Origin: Nitrososphaeria archaeon
GTDB lineage: Archaea; Thermoproteota; Nitrososphaeria; JACIWG01
Assembly (NCBI GenBank): GCA_049969935.1
Contig: JBMFNX010000002.1
Span: 5,789 to 69,788, forward strand
Reading direction: 5' to 3'
Length of the DNA stretch: 64,000 nucleotides
The position numbers and the translations under genes are program-made. Every line of letters begins with the position of its first letter. Positions within the stretch are counted from its first letter, which is position 1. Below, in pieces: positions 1-10,563 of this stretch. The notes under the pieces are model-generated. The model saw only the letters and a program-made list of their open reading frames with translations. It was not told where the DNA came from and ran no database searches.

Positions 1-2
1 GA

Positions 3-299
3 AATGATGCTGAAGCACTAATATATACTTCGGAGAAGACGAAAAAGGACCTTGGAGACAAGCTTACACAGCAGCAGAAGGAACAGATAGATAAGGCGGT
101 TGCAGAGTTAAGGGAAGCACTTTCTGGAAAAGATGTAGAGAAGATTAAACAGAAACGTGAAGAGCTAAGGAGGGTGCTTCAAGAAGTTGGAACAGTAATC
201 TATCAGCAGGCGGCTTCAGAATATGCTAGGCAACAAAAGAGTGGACAGGAGAAGGGTTCAGAAAACAAGACCGTGGACACCGACTATAAGGTAACATAA
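3..299 (+). CDS. dnaK: Hsp70 chaperone DnaK, C-terminal fragment (gene starts upstream of the window)
   Basis: Frame-3 translation NDAEALIYTSEKTKKDLGDKLTQQQKEQIDKAVAELREAL...QQAASEYARQQ...KVT* matches the DnaK C-terminal lid/tail. Stop at 297-299. dnaJ follows immediately downstream. Confidence 0.7.
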   Translation, partial: NDAEALIYTSEKTKKDLGDKLTQQQKEQIDKAVAELREALSGKDVEKIKQKREELRRVLQEVGTVIYQQAASEYARQQKSGQEKGSENKTVDTDYKVT

Positions 300-424
300 T
301 AATATTTATAGCATCAAATATACAAAAGATTTTTAGAGACAATATGATAAAATAAACAGTTAATATCCTCTTCTATAATTCCGTTGGTAGGGAAGAGCTT
401 ACCTTTAAAGGGGGGTGATAGAGC

Positions 425-1543
425 ATGTCCGGTAAAAAGGACTATTACGAGATACTTGGTGTACCAAGGAATGCTACGAAGGAGCAGATTAGGGAAGCTT
501 ATAGAAGGTTGGCCATGCTCTATCACCCAGACAGAAACAAGTCGCCTGACGCTGAAGAAAAGTTTAAAGAAATTTCTGAAGCATATGCGGTACTATCTGA
601 TGATGAGAAGAGAAGACAATATGATATGCTTGGACAGGCTGGCTTCCAGCAACAGTATACTCCAGAAGACATATTCAGGGGAACAGATTTTGAGTCAATA
701 TTTAGAGACCTAGGCTTCGGCTTCGACTTCGACAACATATTCGACTTCTTTTTTGGAAGAGGAGGATTTAGGAGAGAGAATGTGGGCAGAGACCTATACT
801 ATGAGCTCCAAATCACATTAGAGGAAGCTGCCAGAGGAGTTGAAAAGGAGATAGAAGTGTATAGAAGTGAAGTATGTGACACATGCCATGGTTCAGGCGC
901 CAGCCCCGGAACAGCTCCGAAAACATGTAATGTTTGTAAGGGAACAGGACAGGTTCAAAGGGTCCAAAGTAGTGGATTCACAAGATTTGTTCAAATCACC
1001 ACATGCCATGCGTGTAAGGGAAGAGGCACGGTTATAGAAACACCATGCAAGGAATGTAGAGGGTCAGGTATTGTGAGACGAAAGAGAAAGATTATAGTTA
1101 AAGTGCCTCAGGGAATAGATGAAGGATACAGGCTGAGACTTGATGGACAAGGTGACATACCTCCAAACGGTGGAAGACCAGGAGACCTTTACATTGGAAT
1201 AAGGATAGTGCCGCACAAACATTTTAGAAGAGAGGGAGACGACATATTCTATAGGCTTGAAATAAGCTTTCCCGAGGCAGCGTTAGGTACTGAGGTTACG
1301 ATACCAACGCTTGAGGGAAGCACAGTATTAAAGATACCTCCAGGGACACAGCCTGGAGAAACTATAAGGTTACATGGAAAGGGTATGCCGAGACTAGATA
1401 GAGGGGGAAGAGGCGACCTTATAGTGGAAGTGAATGTTAGCGTACCAAAGAAGCTTACACCAAGACAGAGAGAACTAATTCAGGAGCTTGCAAAGGAATT
1501 TAATGTAAATTATGGAAAACGGGAACGATTTTTCAGGTTCTAA
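425..1543 (+). CDS. dnaJ: Chaperone DnaJ (J-domain plus CxxCxGxG zinc-finger repeats)
   Basis: N-terminus KDYYEILGV...[13 protein letters not shown] is a J domain with HPD. Four CxxCxGxG repeats are present: [32 protein letters not shown]. Confidence 0.9.
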   Translation: MSGKKDYYEILGVPRNATKEQIREAYRRLAMLYHPDRNKSPDAEEKFKEISEAYAVLSDDEKRRQYDMLGQAGFQQQYTPEDIFRGTDFESIFRDLGFGFDFDNIFDFFFGRGGFRRENVGRDLYYELQITLEEAARGVEKEIEVYRSEVCDTCHGSGASPGTAPKTCNVCKGTGQVQRVQSSGFTRFVQITTCHACKGRGTVIETPCKECRGSGIVRRKRKIIVKVPQGIDEGYRLRLDGQGDIPPNGGRPGDLYIGIRIVPHKHFRREGDDIFYRLEISFPEAALGTEVTIPTLEGSTVLKIPPGTQPGETIRLHGKGMPRLDRGGRGDLIVEVNVSVPKKLTPRQRELIQELAKEFNVNYGKRERFFRF

Positions 1544-1586
1544 AATTATTTAACCAACATAATCTTATAGCTGAAGGGAAAAAGGT

Positions 1587-2489
1587 TTGAATGCTAGAGT
1601 TGCTGTAGCAAAGGGAAAGACTAGATATGATGCTGTTAAAAAAGCCCTAGAATATATAAGGGATGATGTAGCCAAAGATGTTTCCGGAAAAAATAGTCTT
1701 ATCATTAAACCAAACCTGGTTTCAGCCCACGTGCAGCTTGCAGTAACACATGTGGACACGGTTAGGGCAATAATAGATTCCATAAGACAATATTATGGGG
1801 GAAAAATTTTAGTCGCAGAAGGATCTGCTTCAGACACAATAACAGCCTACAGGAACTTCGGTTACATAAAGTTGGCTAAAGAGCAGGGTATAGAACTTTT
1901 TGACCTCAACCAAGACAATTATAGGGAGATAATGGTGTACGATGATAGATATGATAAGATTCCAGTAAAAGTTGCAAAAAAGGTTTTGGAAAGCGACTAC
2001 AGAATATCTGCGGCAGTACTAAAAACACATGACACCGTGATAGCAACCCTTTCAATAAAAAACATGGTTGTCGGAAGCATAATCAGATACGACAAGCATA
2101 GAATACATCAGGGATATAAGGCAATAAACTTGAACATATACAAGATAGCAGAGTATGTTTGGCCCAACCTAGCAATAATAGACGGTTATACTGCAATGGA
2201 GGGAAACGGTCCAGTTTCTGGCACACCAGTGGAGATGGGAACAGTTATAGCAAGCACAGACCCACTTGCAGCGGACACAGTTGGAGCCTACATTATGGGA
2301 TTCGACCCAGACGATATAGGATACCTACATTACATTAAGAAGACTGGAATGGGTGAAGGAGACATGGATAAAATTGAGGTTGTAGGAGAAAATGTGGAGA
2401 ATGTGAGAAGAAATTTTAGGCCACATTCAACATACACTTTACAGAGAATGTGGAGGATAGAGGAGGAAATTTTAAATAAAATTTTATGA
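1587..2489 (+). CDS. DUF362-family protein (uncharacterised, often Fe-S associated)
   Basis: A 300-aa ORF whose motif spacing (KPNLV..., LKTHD..., NMVVGS..., IIDGYTAMEGNGP) is typical of DUF362. Confidence 0.45.
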   Translation: MNARVAVAKGKTRYDAVKKALEYIRDDVAKDVSGKNSLIIKPNLVSAHVQLAVTHVDTVRAIIDSIRQYYGGKILVAEGSASDTITAYRNFGYIKLAKEQGIELFDLNQDNYREIMVYDDRYDKIPVKVAKKVLESDYRISAAVLKTHDTVIATLSIKNMVVGSIIRYDKHRIHQGYKAINLNIYKIAEYVWPNLAIIDGYTAMEGNGPVSGTPVEMGTVIASTDPLAADTVGAYIMGFDPDDIGYLHYIKKTGMGEGDMDKIEVVGENVENVRRNFRPHSTYTLQRMWRIEEEILNKIL

Positions 2490-2611
2490 GACAATAAAAG
2501 GGTATATTTTAAATGCTAGAACTTTAAAGCAGCTTGATCGTATTATAGAATAAATTTTGTTAGCGGTTAAAAAGGCAAAAATTTAAATCATAGCATGCGG
2601 ATGTAAAAGTT

Positions 2612-2914
2612 ATGGTAAACTTTGTTCCTCCAGAATACGCTTGGATAATTCCAGTAATAGTGCCATTTATCATTGGATTGATTGTTGGAGTTATAATAAA
2701 AAGGGCATTAAAGCTTGTACTAGCCCTTATCATACTATTGATAGTTTTAGTGGCGGTGGGATATACTCAATTACCTACCTTTGAAGAGATAGCTAGGGCA
2801 GCATTAAAGTATCTTCCAATACTTTGGGCAGAGGCAAGCCCTTTGACAAACATCCTACCATATTCTTCGATAACATTTTTGCTTGGACTCGCTCTAGGAT
2901 TATGGAAAGGCTAG
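2612..2914 (+). CDS. small hydrophobic membrane protein (hypothetical)
   Basis: A 100-aa ORF made of two or three hydrophobic helices (IIPVIVPFIIGLIVGVII..., LIILLIVLVAVGY). Confidence 0.3.
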   Translation: MVNFVPPEYAWIIPVIVPFIIGLIVGVIIKRALKLVLALIILLIVLVAVGYTQLPTFEEIARAALKYLPILWAEASPLTNILPYSSITFLLGLALGLWKG

Positions 2915-3457
2915 ATGGGAATGAGCTTGGAGGCAATATGTAAGATAACTGGAGTATTGAAAAATATTCCGAGAACAGGATGGCTTCAAAAGGGTATACC
3001 ATTTTATGAGGCTGAATCGGTTGCAGAACATTCTTTCGAGGTAGCAGCAATCGTCCTAGCATTATTAAATAGTATTAGGATGAAGGTTGACGCAGAAAAA
3101 GCTTTAGCAATGGCGTTAATCCACGACTTAAGCGAATCAGTTATAGGAGATATGCCGAAAGCATTAACAGAAAAAATCGGCGAAAACTTCAAGCACGAAA
3201 TCGAAGGTGAAGCAGTTGAAAAGATTGTTGGCTCAGGAAAGCTTAGCGAAATTTTTGAAGAGTATTTGAGAGGAGAAAGTTTAGAATCCAAGATTGTTAA
3301 GTTCGCGGACAAGCTTTCCACATTCTATCAAGCTAAAAGCTACAGGAAAAGAGGATATGATGTGGACGAGATTATTGAAGGGACATTGGATGAAATTAAA
3401 ATTATGGTTAAACAGTTTAGAGGAGAGGGTATAGAAAAATTGTTTAACCTTCAATAA
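2915..3457 (+). CDS. HD-domain phosphohydrolase (YfbR-like 5'-deoxynucleotidase family)
   Basis: AEHSFEVAAIVLALL...LIHDLSESVIGDMP is the H...HD...D metal-binding signature of the HD superfamily. Confidence 0.6.
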   Translation: MGMSLEAICKITGVLKNIPRTGWLQKGIPFYEAESVAEHSFEVAAIVLALLNSIRMKVDAEKALAMALIHDLSESVIGDMPKALTEKIGENFKHEIEGEAVEKIVGSGKLSEIFEEYLRGESLESKIVKFADKLSTFYQAKSYRKRGYDVDEIIEGTLDEIKIMVKQFRGEGIEKLFNLQ

Positions 3458-4548
3458 ACTAGTGATGGTAGAAGGTTCCTTTCTAAAGCAACCCTTATGT
3501 CTCTAGCGATCCTCCTTCCAGTAGACATTGGCTCCCTGAAAATGTATGGTGTATATGGAGAGCCTTCAGGATACAGGTTTGTACCAGCAACAATCCTCGC
3601 CGACACTTCAAAAACTATAAAACCCCTTCTGGGATTATAGACTGTTTCAATACAAAAAGGCCCAATTAAACCTGGTGGAAAGAGTTCGATAGAGGATTCT
3701 ACAAGCTTTGCACCCATGTCCAAAATTTGTGGGAGAAGACTTTCTCTAACCACCACAGGCTGGTTTCCTGTTACAGTGTAGTCGAGATAGTCGGGTATAA
3801 TGTTTGGAAGACCACGGTACACTTCATCTATAGGCTCAATTCTTTTATCGATACTCAAAAGCTCAAGCCCTCCAACCTTCAATTTTAGGCCCCTAGAATA
3901 TATTTGGCTGTAAAAATAGTGTGGATAGTATCTTACACCTGCAACAAATTCCTGTATAACAATCTTATCATTTTCACCAATTAAACCATCTCTAACCTTT
4001 TCATCAAGTTTTTGATAAAAGTCATCTCTAGAGGTTACTGTAAAATAGCCTCTACCGCCTCTAGCACCATAAACTTTCACAAAAGCCAGAGTATCAATTT
4101 CATCTGGACTATTGAATGTTTTAGGGAAAGTTAGTCCAGCCCTTTTAAACCATTCAAACTGTTTTCCCCTATCACCTTCCCATTCTAAAACAAGCCTATT
4201 ACCGTACATTGGAACATAAAAGGAGTCAAGAATATTTTTTGAACCAACATATTCTACAAAAGAACCGTGAGCGATTACAATAGAGTTTAAGCCAATAAGC
4301 CTTTCTTGGACACATGCGTCAAGAATGTCCCTGTAACTGTCAACAACTATAAGCTCATCTGGAAAGGCTTCAGGAAAGGCTCTATAATATTTAACCCTAT
4401 CACTTAAACATATTCCAACAGTCTTAAAACCTTCACGTTTTGCACCATAGAATATTTGAAGAGAGGAGTGAGAACATAGTGTGGCTATAGAAATTTTATT
4501 TAAATCATATTTCGAGAGAGTTCTTAAAATTTCTATCCTATCAATCAT
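3451..4548 (-). CDS. purP: 5-formaminoimidazole-4-carboxamide ribonucleotide synthetase PurP (archaeal ATP-grasp)
   Basis: N-terminus [23 protein letters not shown] plus ATP-grasp-like core. The gene is archaea-specific and a second purine gene (purB) lies nearby. Confidence 0.7.
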   Translation of the reverse strand: MIDRIEILRTLSKYDLNKISIATLCSHSSLQIFYGAKREGFKTVGICLSDRVKYYRAFPEAFPDELIVVDSYRDILDACVQERLIGLNSIVIAHGSFVEYVGSKNILDSFYVPMYGNRLVLEWEGDRGKQFEWFKRAGLTFPKTFNSPDEIDTLAFVKVYGARGGRGYFTVTSRDDFYQKLDEKVRDGLIGENDKIVIQEFVAGVRYYPHYFYSQIYSRGLKLKVGGLELLSIDKRIEPIDEVYRGLPNIIPDYLDYTVTGNQPVVVRESLLPQILDMGAKLVESSIELFPPGLIGPFCIETVYNPRRGFIVFEVSARIVAGTNLYPEGSPYTPYIFREPMSTGRRIARDIRVALERNLLPSLVY

Positions 4549-4673
4549 TTTTCAGCCCAACACTAGAAACTATATTATGTAATTAAGTTTTAGTAAAAGA
4601 AATGTGATTTTACGCTTAAAAGCATGGGCAAACTTGTTCCAGTATCCTCCCACATTTTTCAAGGTTGAAACAT

Positions 4674-5651
4674 CTAGTACTTTAGGAGCACACCACAACC
4701 TTTAGCCAAGGCCCTTTCATAAACCTTTTTTGCGACAACAATATCTGTTATAGCAAGACCCAAGTTTAGTGCCATAATCTTTTCACTATCACTAACGCGG
4801 CCACATAACTTTCCAACAACAAGTTCACATAGTTCACCATCAACCTTCTTTAGTAAAGGAAAATGGCCTAGTGTCTGATAATATTTAAGCTGTTCAATAT
4901 CGTCTGTGAAAATGCGATCTACTTTATAGAAGGTTTCAGGATGCCAGTAGCTGTCAAACTCTAGTGGAGCCAACATGGCACCATCCTTTACCCACTCTAT
5001 CATACCGATTGGACTGGGATTTTTATAAATTGGTGTAGCTGTAACAATTAAATCAGAGTCTTGAACTGCCTCCTTAGGAGACTGGCTTTTAAAGACTTCT
5101 AGACCAAATTTTGTCTTTACAAAACGTTCATATTCTAATACCTTTTCAGGAACAGTATCATATATTTTAACCCTTTTAAGGCCACTTAAGACTAATGAAA
5201 TAAATTCTAGGTGACTTTTGCCTTGAACACCACAACCTATTATAGAAAGAGTTTCAGAACATCCTCTTGCAAGATACTTTGCTGAAATGGCTGTAACTGC
5301 AGCAGTCCTTTTGGCGGTGATCCAGCCGGCATCCATAACAGAAATTGGTAAACCTGTTTCAGGGTCATTTAATATTATGAGTCCAGCCAAGTATGGTAGA
5401 CCCTTTGATGGATTTAATGCTGAACCTGAAATCCATTTAATTCCAGCAGCATTAAATTTTTGAACGTAGGCTGGCATAGCATGAATGAAGGTAGTATTTG
5501 ATGGATGGATGCCAGGTTTTGGAGGAATCTCGACCTTTCTAAAATACTTTTCTCGAAAAGCGTCTTCAACCCAGTCCATTATTTCTGAAGCACCTATTTG
5601 CATCAACTCTATCTCCCCCCTTGATATGAAAAGAATACTGTTTTGCTCCAT
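4674..5651 (-). CDS. ornithine cyclodeaminase / mu-crystallin family protein (archaeal alanine dehydrogenase-like)
   Basis: A 325-aa ORF with a Rossmann GCGVQG motif and overall OCD/mu-crystallin organisation. Confidence 0.55.
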   Translation of the reverse strand: MEQNSILFISRGEIELMQIGASEIMDWVEDAFREKYFRKVEIPPKPGIHPSNTTFIHAMPAYVQKFNAAGIKWISGSALNPSKGLPYLAGLIILNDPETGLPISVMDAGWITAKRTAAVTAISAKYLARGCSETLSIIGCGVQGKSHLEFISLVLSGLKRVKIYDTVPEKVLEYERFVKTKFGLEVFKSQSPKEAVQDSDLIVTATPIYKNPSPIGMIEWVKDGAMLAPLEFDSYWHPETFYKVDRIFTDDIEQLKYYQTLGHFPLLKKVDGELCELVVGKLCGRVSDSEKIMALNLGLAITDIVVAKKVYERALAKGCGVLLKY

Positions 5652-5685
5652 TACTTAACGACACCTCAACAAAAATCTTCTAACA

Positions 5686-6711
5686 TTATTGTAGGCTGAA
5701 GCCAAACTTTTTTGAAGCCAACTCTATGGCCAACTTTATTGCTTCCAATGTTGCACCCTCGCTTGCAGTACCCTTACCAGCCTTACCCCAAACAGTTCCA
5801 TGGTCAGGTGAAACCCTAATTATTGGGAGACCAAGACTCAGATTAACTCCTTCCATGAAACCAACCATTTTTACGGCAATATGGCCTTGATCATGGTACA
5901 TTGCGATAGTGGAATCAAACTGTCTATTATAGTATGCTCTATAGAATATTGTATCAGGCGGATATGGTCCTGTAACCTTTATACCTTCAGATACTGCCTC
6001 TTGAATTGCTGGAACAATTTCTTTAATTTCCTCGTCCCCGAAAAGTCCGCTTTCACCCGCATGAGGGTTTAAGCCTGACACTCCTATTTTTGGGTCATTT
6101 AAGCCAAAAAGTTCTATCAAACTCTTGTATGTTAACATTATTGTTTTGAGCACATTCTCTTTTTTGATAAGCTCTATAGCATTCTTTAGAGAAACGTGGG
6201 TGGTTACGTGGGCGACTTTGAAGAAGTTGGCGACAAGCATCATTTTAACATCCTTGGAGCCTGTAAGGTCAGCCAAAAGTTCAGTATGTCCAGGATAATT
6301 GTATCCTGCCATGTTCAGACTTTCCTTGCTTATTGGAGCTGTAACGATCGCGTGCACCTTATTTGATAGAGCATGTTTTACAGCCTCTACGATAGCTTCA
6401 TAGGATGCTTTTCCACCCAACACAGAAGGTTTTCCGTAAACGATTTTAGAGACGTCAACATTGTTTAGGTCAAATATGTTTACTGATGATGGGGAGTCAA
6501 CATATTCTGAAACATCACAAATTTTTATAAGCTTTAAGTCGGTTGCATTCACAGTTTCCGCAGCCTTTCTAAATACATTATAGTCTCCAAATACTACAAA
6601 GGATGCTCTAGAAAACAGGGAACTGTTTCTTAAAGCTTTTAAGACTATTTCTGGGCCTGAGCCGGCTGGGTCACCCATTGTTATAGCAATCATTGGCTTC
6701 TTGTAAGACAT
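5686..6711 (-). CDS. PdxA-family 4-hydroxythreonine-4-phosphate dehydrogenase (PdxA2-like)
   Basis: MIAITMGDPAGSGPEI..., HVTTHVSL, GLNPHAGE and PDHGT are PdxA signature blocks. The gene overlaps and is co-oriented with the DUF1537 kinase gene. Confidence 0.75.
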   Translation of the reverse strand: MSYKKPMIAITMGDPAGSGPEIVLKALRNSSLFSRASFVVFGDYNVFRKAAETVNATDLKLIKICDVSEYVDSPSSVNIFDLNNVDVSKIVYGKPSVLGGKASYEAIVEAVKHALSNKVHAIVTAPISKESLNMAGYNYPGHTELLADLTGSKDVKMMLVANFFKVAHVTTHVSLKNAIELIKKENVLKTIMLTYKSLIELFGLNDPKIGVSGLNPHAGESGLFGDEEIKEIVPAIQEAVSEGIKVTGPYPPDTIFYRAYYNRQFDSTIAMYHDQGHIAVKMVGFMEGVNLSLGLPIIRVSPDHGTVWGKAGKGTASEGATLEAIKLAIELASKKFGFSLQ

Positions 6712-7976
6712 CTTTTATTCACACTTTTTAGTCTAGTCGATACTTTAATAAGCGTTTCTAATCCCCCAAAGCCTCCAGCCTTTGTAACAATAAGCAAATC
6801 TTTTGACCAGAGAATAGGTAGTCCCGGCTCGATTTCACCTAATATCTTGAACGATTCAAGCTTAAGATGCTTTATAATTGAGACAGCAATATCACCTCCA
6901 GTCATGTAAATGCCGCAAAAGCTATCTTTTTCAAAAAAGCTTATAACATGAGATACGAGTAAACCGAATTTTTCCGCCAATATTGAACCGAAATCTGAAA
7001 GGCTTAGCCTCAACTCCTTTGCCAAGCTAACACCTTCTTCAACCTGTTCCCTAGTATATGAGGTTGCAATTATAATATCGTTAGAAAATTTTAGCGCTCT
7101 AGAAACTTCACCTATAATCCTTTCTTCTTCCCTGCCAAAGTCCTTTACAAGTGCAGAAACACTTACCTGTATTATGTTTGTAGGAAAGACTTTAGTAAAT
7201 TCTAGAACCTGGTTCCTAGCAAGTTCATTAACTGAACCAACCGCCATCAGAACCGGCTTACCCTCAACTGAGCCAATGATAGAATTGTAGGCCAACTGTT
7301 CTGCAAGACCAGCTGAACCAACCCAAATAACACGCTTTTTTTCTGAAGAAAGTATTTGTTGAACAATATTTTTAAGGTCAAGATCGTTTTCTACATCAAA
7401 TGACAAAATTTTAAATTCTCCAATCACCTTATCCAGATTCCCCTTTCTAAGCTCCTGAAGATTTATGTGACGATAGCGTGGACCGAATATGGGTTCAAAG
7501 TATGATGGTAAATAAGAGGATTTAACAGGAGTCCTTAAATCTCTTCCAAAATATGTTTTTTCAACAGGGATACCGTTAACCATGTGGACACCATCCTTTG
7601 TTATACGGCCCTGCTTCGGAAATGCTGGTGCGAAAACAACTAGGTCAGGGTTTAGAGCATCTGCTAGCCCCACAATTTCTGAGACAATGTTGCCTCTAAG
7701 TGTTGAATCCACTTTTTTATAGAAAACGATGCTGCCAAAAATGTCTTTAACCTTATCTCCAAGAGAATATAGTATTGAATAGGACTTTTCCTTATCGATT
7801 GCCCTACTTTCAGTGGTAACGCCCACAACATCATATCCTTGTATAAGCTCTTGAACCATGTCAAAGTTTAATGTGGTAATTGAAGCTAATCCAAGCTTAG
7901 AAAATTGTACAACAGTATCATTAACTCCTGTAAAATCGTCTGCAACAATTAGGACTGAATCAAATATTTTAGCCAT
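6690..7976 (-). CDS. four-carbon acid sugar kinase (DUF1537/DUF1357, OtnK-like)
   Basis: N-terminus LIVADDFTGVNDT is typical of the four-carbon acid sugar kinase family. The PdxA2 partner gene lies directly downstream. Confidence 0.6.
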   Translation of the reverse strand: MAKIFDSVLIVADDFTGVNDTVVQFSKLGLASITTLNFDMVQELIQGYDVVGVTTESRAIDKEKSYSILYSLGDKVKDIFGSIVFYKKVDSTLRGNIVSEIVGLADALNPDLVVFAPAFPKQGRITKDGVHMVNGIPVEKTYFGRDLRTPVKSSYLPSYFEPIFGPRYRHINLQELRKGNLDKVIGEFKILSFDVENDLDLKNIVQQILSSEKKRVIWVGSAGLAEQLAYNSIIGSVEGKPVLMAVGSVNELARNQVLEFTKVFPTNIIQVSVSALVKDFGREEERIIGEVSRALKFSNDIIIATSYTREQVEEGVSLAKELRLSLSDFGSILAEKFGLLVSHVISFFEKDSFCGIYMTGGDIAVSIIKHLKLESFKILGEIEPGLPILWSKDLLIVTKAGGFGGLETLIKVSTRLKSVNKRCLTRSQ

Positions 7977-8028
7977 CTACTATTATCACGTACAAACTGT
8001 CTTAAAACATGCTCTTTAAAAATTTCAC

Positions 8029-8589
8029 CTAAAAGCCTTCACGTATAAGTGATATAGCGTAGGCGGCCATTAACATTGACATAACCTTATCTAAAACAAT
8101 TGTACCATTTCTTCCAAGCAGCCTTAACATCTTCTCACCACTTAAAAGGATAGCTAACGTGATACTTGAACAAACAAGTATGCTTACTAAAGACACTTCA
8201 AGACCCCAAGTATATTTTATGTATATTACAGCGGTGACCGCTCCAGGTCCAGCCAAAAGTGGTGTTGCCATAGGAACAACGCTTATTTTGTCAGCTTCAG
8301 GCTTCGGCATCGTCGATATTTCAAGAAGGCCTAGTATAGAGTATATGAGTAGGATGAGGCCGCCGGCAACTTTAAAGTCTCCAACACTCACACCCATTAA
8401 AGAAAAAAGTATATCACCAGACACTGAGAACACAAATAGTATTGTGGACGCGATAATCACACTCTTTTTTATTATACTGGAACGTAATTTAGAATCATAG
8501 TCTTTTGTTAGAATGTAAAAGTAGGGGGCGTTAGTAAAAGGGTCAAGTATAATCAATAGTAGGAGTATTGCTTGCAGTAGGTCAAGCAT
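8029..8589 (-). CDS. MarC-family integral membrane protein (UPF0056)
   Basis: A 186-aa ORF with multiple transmembrane helices and the LLLLIILDPFTNAPYF start typical of MarC. Confidence 0.55.
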   Translation of the reverse strand: MLDLLQAILLLLIILDPFTNAPYFYILTKDYDSKLRSSIIKKSVIIASTILFVFSVSGDILFSLMGVSVGDFKVAGGLILLIYSILGLLEISTMPKPEADKISVVPMATPLLAGPGAVTAVIYIKYTWGLEVSLVSILVCSSITLAILLSGEKMLRLLGRNGTIVLDKVMSMLMAAYAISLIREGF

Positions 8590-8646
8590 AAGGCTTCACA
8601 TTATATGGTTTCCAAAGAGTTCTAAAATACTTTTGGGAGAAATAGA

Positions 8647-9243
8647 ATGCCACAAGTATTTATAAAAGATGTAGTTAAACTATGTGATATGAGTAGAGTC
8701 TGTTTGCTTGGACCCTTAGCTTTAATTATAGCGTGGGCAACTATAGTTGTTTCTATTATGGTTAATCCATGGTTTAATCTGTTTAAGGGTGCATTAAGTG
8801 ACCTTGGAGCACTAGGTTTAGGAACAAACTATATTTTCAATACTGGATTGATTTTGACAGGAATAGTTTTTGCAATATATGCAGGCTTTCTTGGAAGAGT
8901 CTCGAAGAATAGGGTTAGTGCTATGGCGTCAGGTGTCGCTATCTTGGCCGCGGCACATTTGATAATGATAGCGGTTTTCCCTTCTGGTACAGAACCGCAT
9001 AGGTTTGTTTCCTTAGAATTTTTTCTACTTGCAGCTGCAACAATCTTCTTTATGAGTATATCATTTTATGCTGACGGAGAAAAATTTTATGGAACATCTT
9101 CCACGATAATATTCTTGGCTGGAATATTGGGTAGTGCACTTATTGAATGGCCTTCGACAGCTTTACTTGAAATATATGACATAATGTTGTTGACAATATG
9201 GACTATACTAGTCTCATATTATTGTATGAGAAAAGAATGCTAG
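8647..9243 (+). CDS. hypothetical polytopic membrane protein
   Basis: A 198-aa ORF with five or six hydrophobic segments and no recognisable motif. Confidence 0.3.
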   Translation: MPQVFIKDVVKLCDMSRVCLLGPLALIIAWATIVVSIMVNPWFNLFKGALSDLGALGLGTNYIFNTGLILTGIVFAIYAGFLGRVSKNRVSAMASGVAILAAAHLIMIAVFPSGTEPHRFVSLEFFLLAAATIFFMSISFYADGEKFYGTSSTIIFLAGILGSALIEWPSTALLEIYDIMLLTIWTILVSYYCMRKEC

Positions 9244-9261
9244 TGTTTGAAGATGGAGAGT

Positions 9262-10563
9262 TTAGAGTGAAAGTTTGGCTAAAGCTTTTTGAACCCCACT
9301 ACTATATTGCATCGCCTTCTTTTGACTGCCGTAAGCTTCCTGTGGAAGACCTAAGTCTTTAGCCAGCATCCGCAAAACAATTTTCCTTTCATCCTTTTCA
9401 AAGTTGATTTTATATTTTATAGGGATAGAGAAGGCTGCTTCCGCCACCCTGCGATTTATGTAAGGGAAAACTGGTTCACAGTACATTGCAGTTGAAGCAT
9501 CATCTCTAGAGATGTCGATAGACTGTAGTTTTTCGAAATCGTGTTTTAAAATTTTATCAATATCATAGCCTTTTTCAGCAAACGAAACATATTTTTTGTA
9601 TCCTCCAAAAAGTTCGTCTGCACCCTGTCCTATAACCAAATTTTGGAAACCTGCACTCGATGCCTCTTCAGCGACAGAATTTAATACTATTGCAATAGAA
9701 AGATTCATTAGACTCTCTTTACCAATTATTTTGCTCAAAAGCCTTGCCTTTAAAGCCAAACGTTCTTCATCCAATTCTATTATCTTGTGCTCAAGAGAAA
9801 GGAGTGAAGAAACCTTTTCTGAATGTATGTAATCGTGTGATTTCTTTAAACATACTGTTATCAGATAAGGTCTTATATTACTGAGGTAAGACAATTTTGC
9901 AACTATTGATGAGTCTAAACCTCCAGAAAATGCTATGGCCACATTTTTTACCCCATCTAAATTTTTTTCCAAAGAATATTTTAGAGCTGAACTTAAAAGG
10001 TTGAGCGCACCATCTATACTGTCTATTTCTATAAAATTATAGTCATAATATCTTTTGCACAAAAGAATGTTTCTAGAAAAGTTTACGTACAAGTAAGTGG
10101 ATGGCTGTAAAGGTTGACAATCTAGGCCATTGAACTTTAATGAATAGGGGTCTGATGAGAGTATAAAATGTTTTTTGCCAGAAGAAAAATATAGTGGCTT
10201 AGAGGAGGCTGGCGAACGTAGTGCAAATATTTTGTCATCATCAAATATTGCGAGTGAGAAATCACCGTCAATTTCTTGTGGAAATATCCTATCACAACCA
10301 TCCTTTATGTTTTCATAAAAGTTTAGGATACTCTTAATACTGTTTTGGTGGCCAAAAAATCTTCCATGAATAAGTATATTAGATTCAGGTTCCCAATCTA
10401 GGGAAAGGTACGCTAAAATAGTATTTCTAATATAATCTGATGACACAAGTTTTAAATGCTTTCTGTAAAATGTATGCTTGATTATGTTTTCCGCTAAACT
10501 TTTGACATCATCTTCGCCTTTTACAATAAGATAGCCGTTTGTTTTAGCTGTATGTTGAACCAA
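9262..10563 (-). CDS. asparagine synthase-related PP-loop ATP pyrophosphatase (lacks the N-terminal glutaminase Cys)
   Basis: SGGLDSS PP-loop sits in the middle of a 433-aa AsnB-like ORF. The N-terminus has no Cys2 nucleophile. Confidence 0.5.
   Translation of the reverse strand: MVQHTAKTNGYLIVKGEDDVKSLAENIIKHTFYRKHLKLVSSDYIRNTILAYLSLDWEPESNILIHGRFFGHQNSIKSILNFYENIKDGCDRIFPQEIDGDFSLAIFDDDKIFALRSPASSKPLYFSSGKKHFILSSDPYSLKFNGLDCQPLQPSTYLYVNFSRNILLCKRYYDYNFIEIDSIDGALNLLSSALKYSLEKNLDGVKNVAIAFSGGLDSSIVAKLSYLSNIRPYLITVCLKKSHDYIHSEKVSSLLSLEHKIIELDEERLALKARLLSKIIGKESLMNLSIAIVLNSVAEEASSAGFQNLVIGQGADELFGGYKKYVSFAEKGYDIDKILKHDFEKLQSIDISRDDASTAMYCEPVFPYINRRVAEAAFSIPIKYKINFEKDERKIVLRMLAKDLGLPQEAYGSQKKAMQYSSGVQKALAKLSL

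Noticed and set aside
384-713. A 109-aa ORF overlapping the dnaJ 5' region in another frame
   Set aside because: dnaJ is unambiguous in the overlapping frame, and this ORF has no motif.
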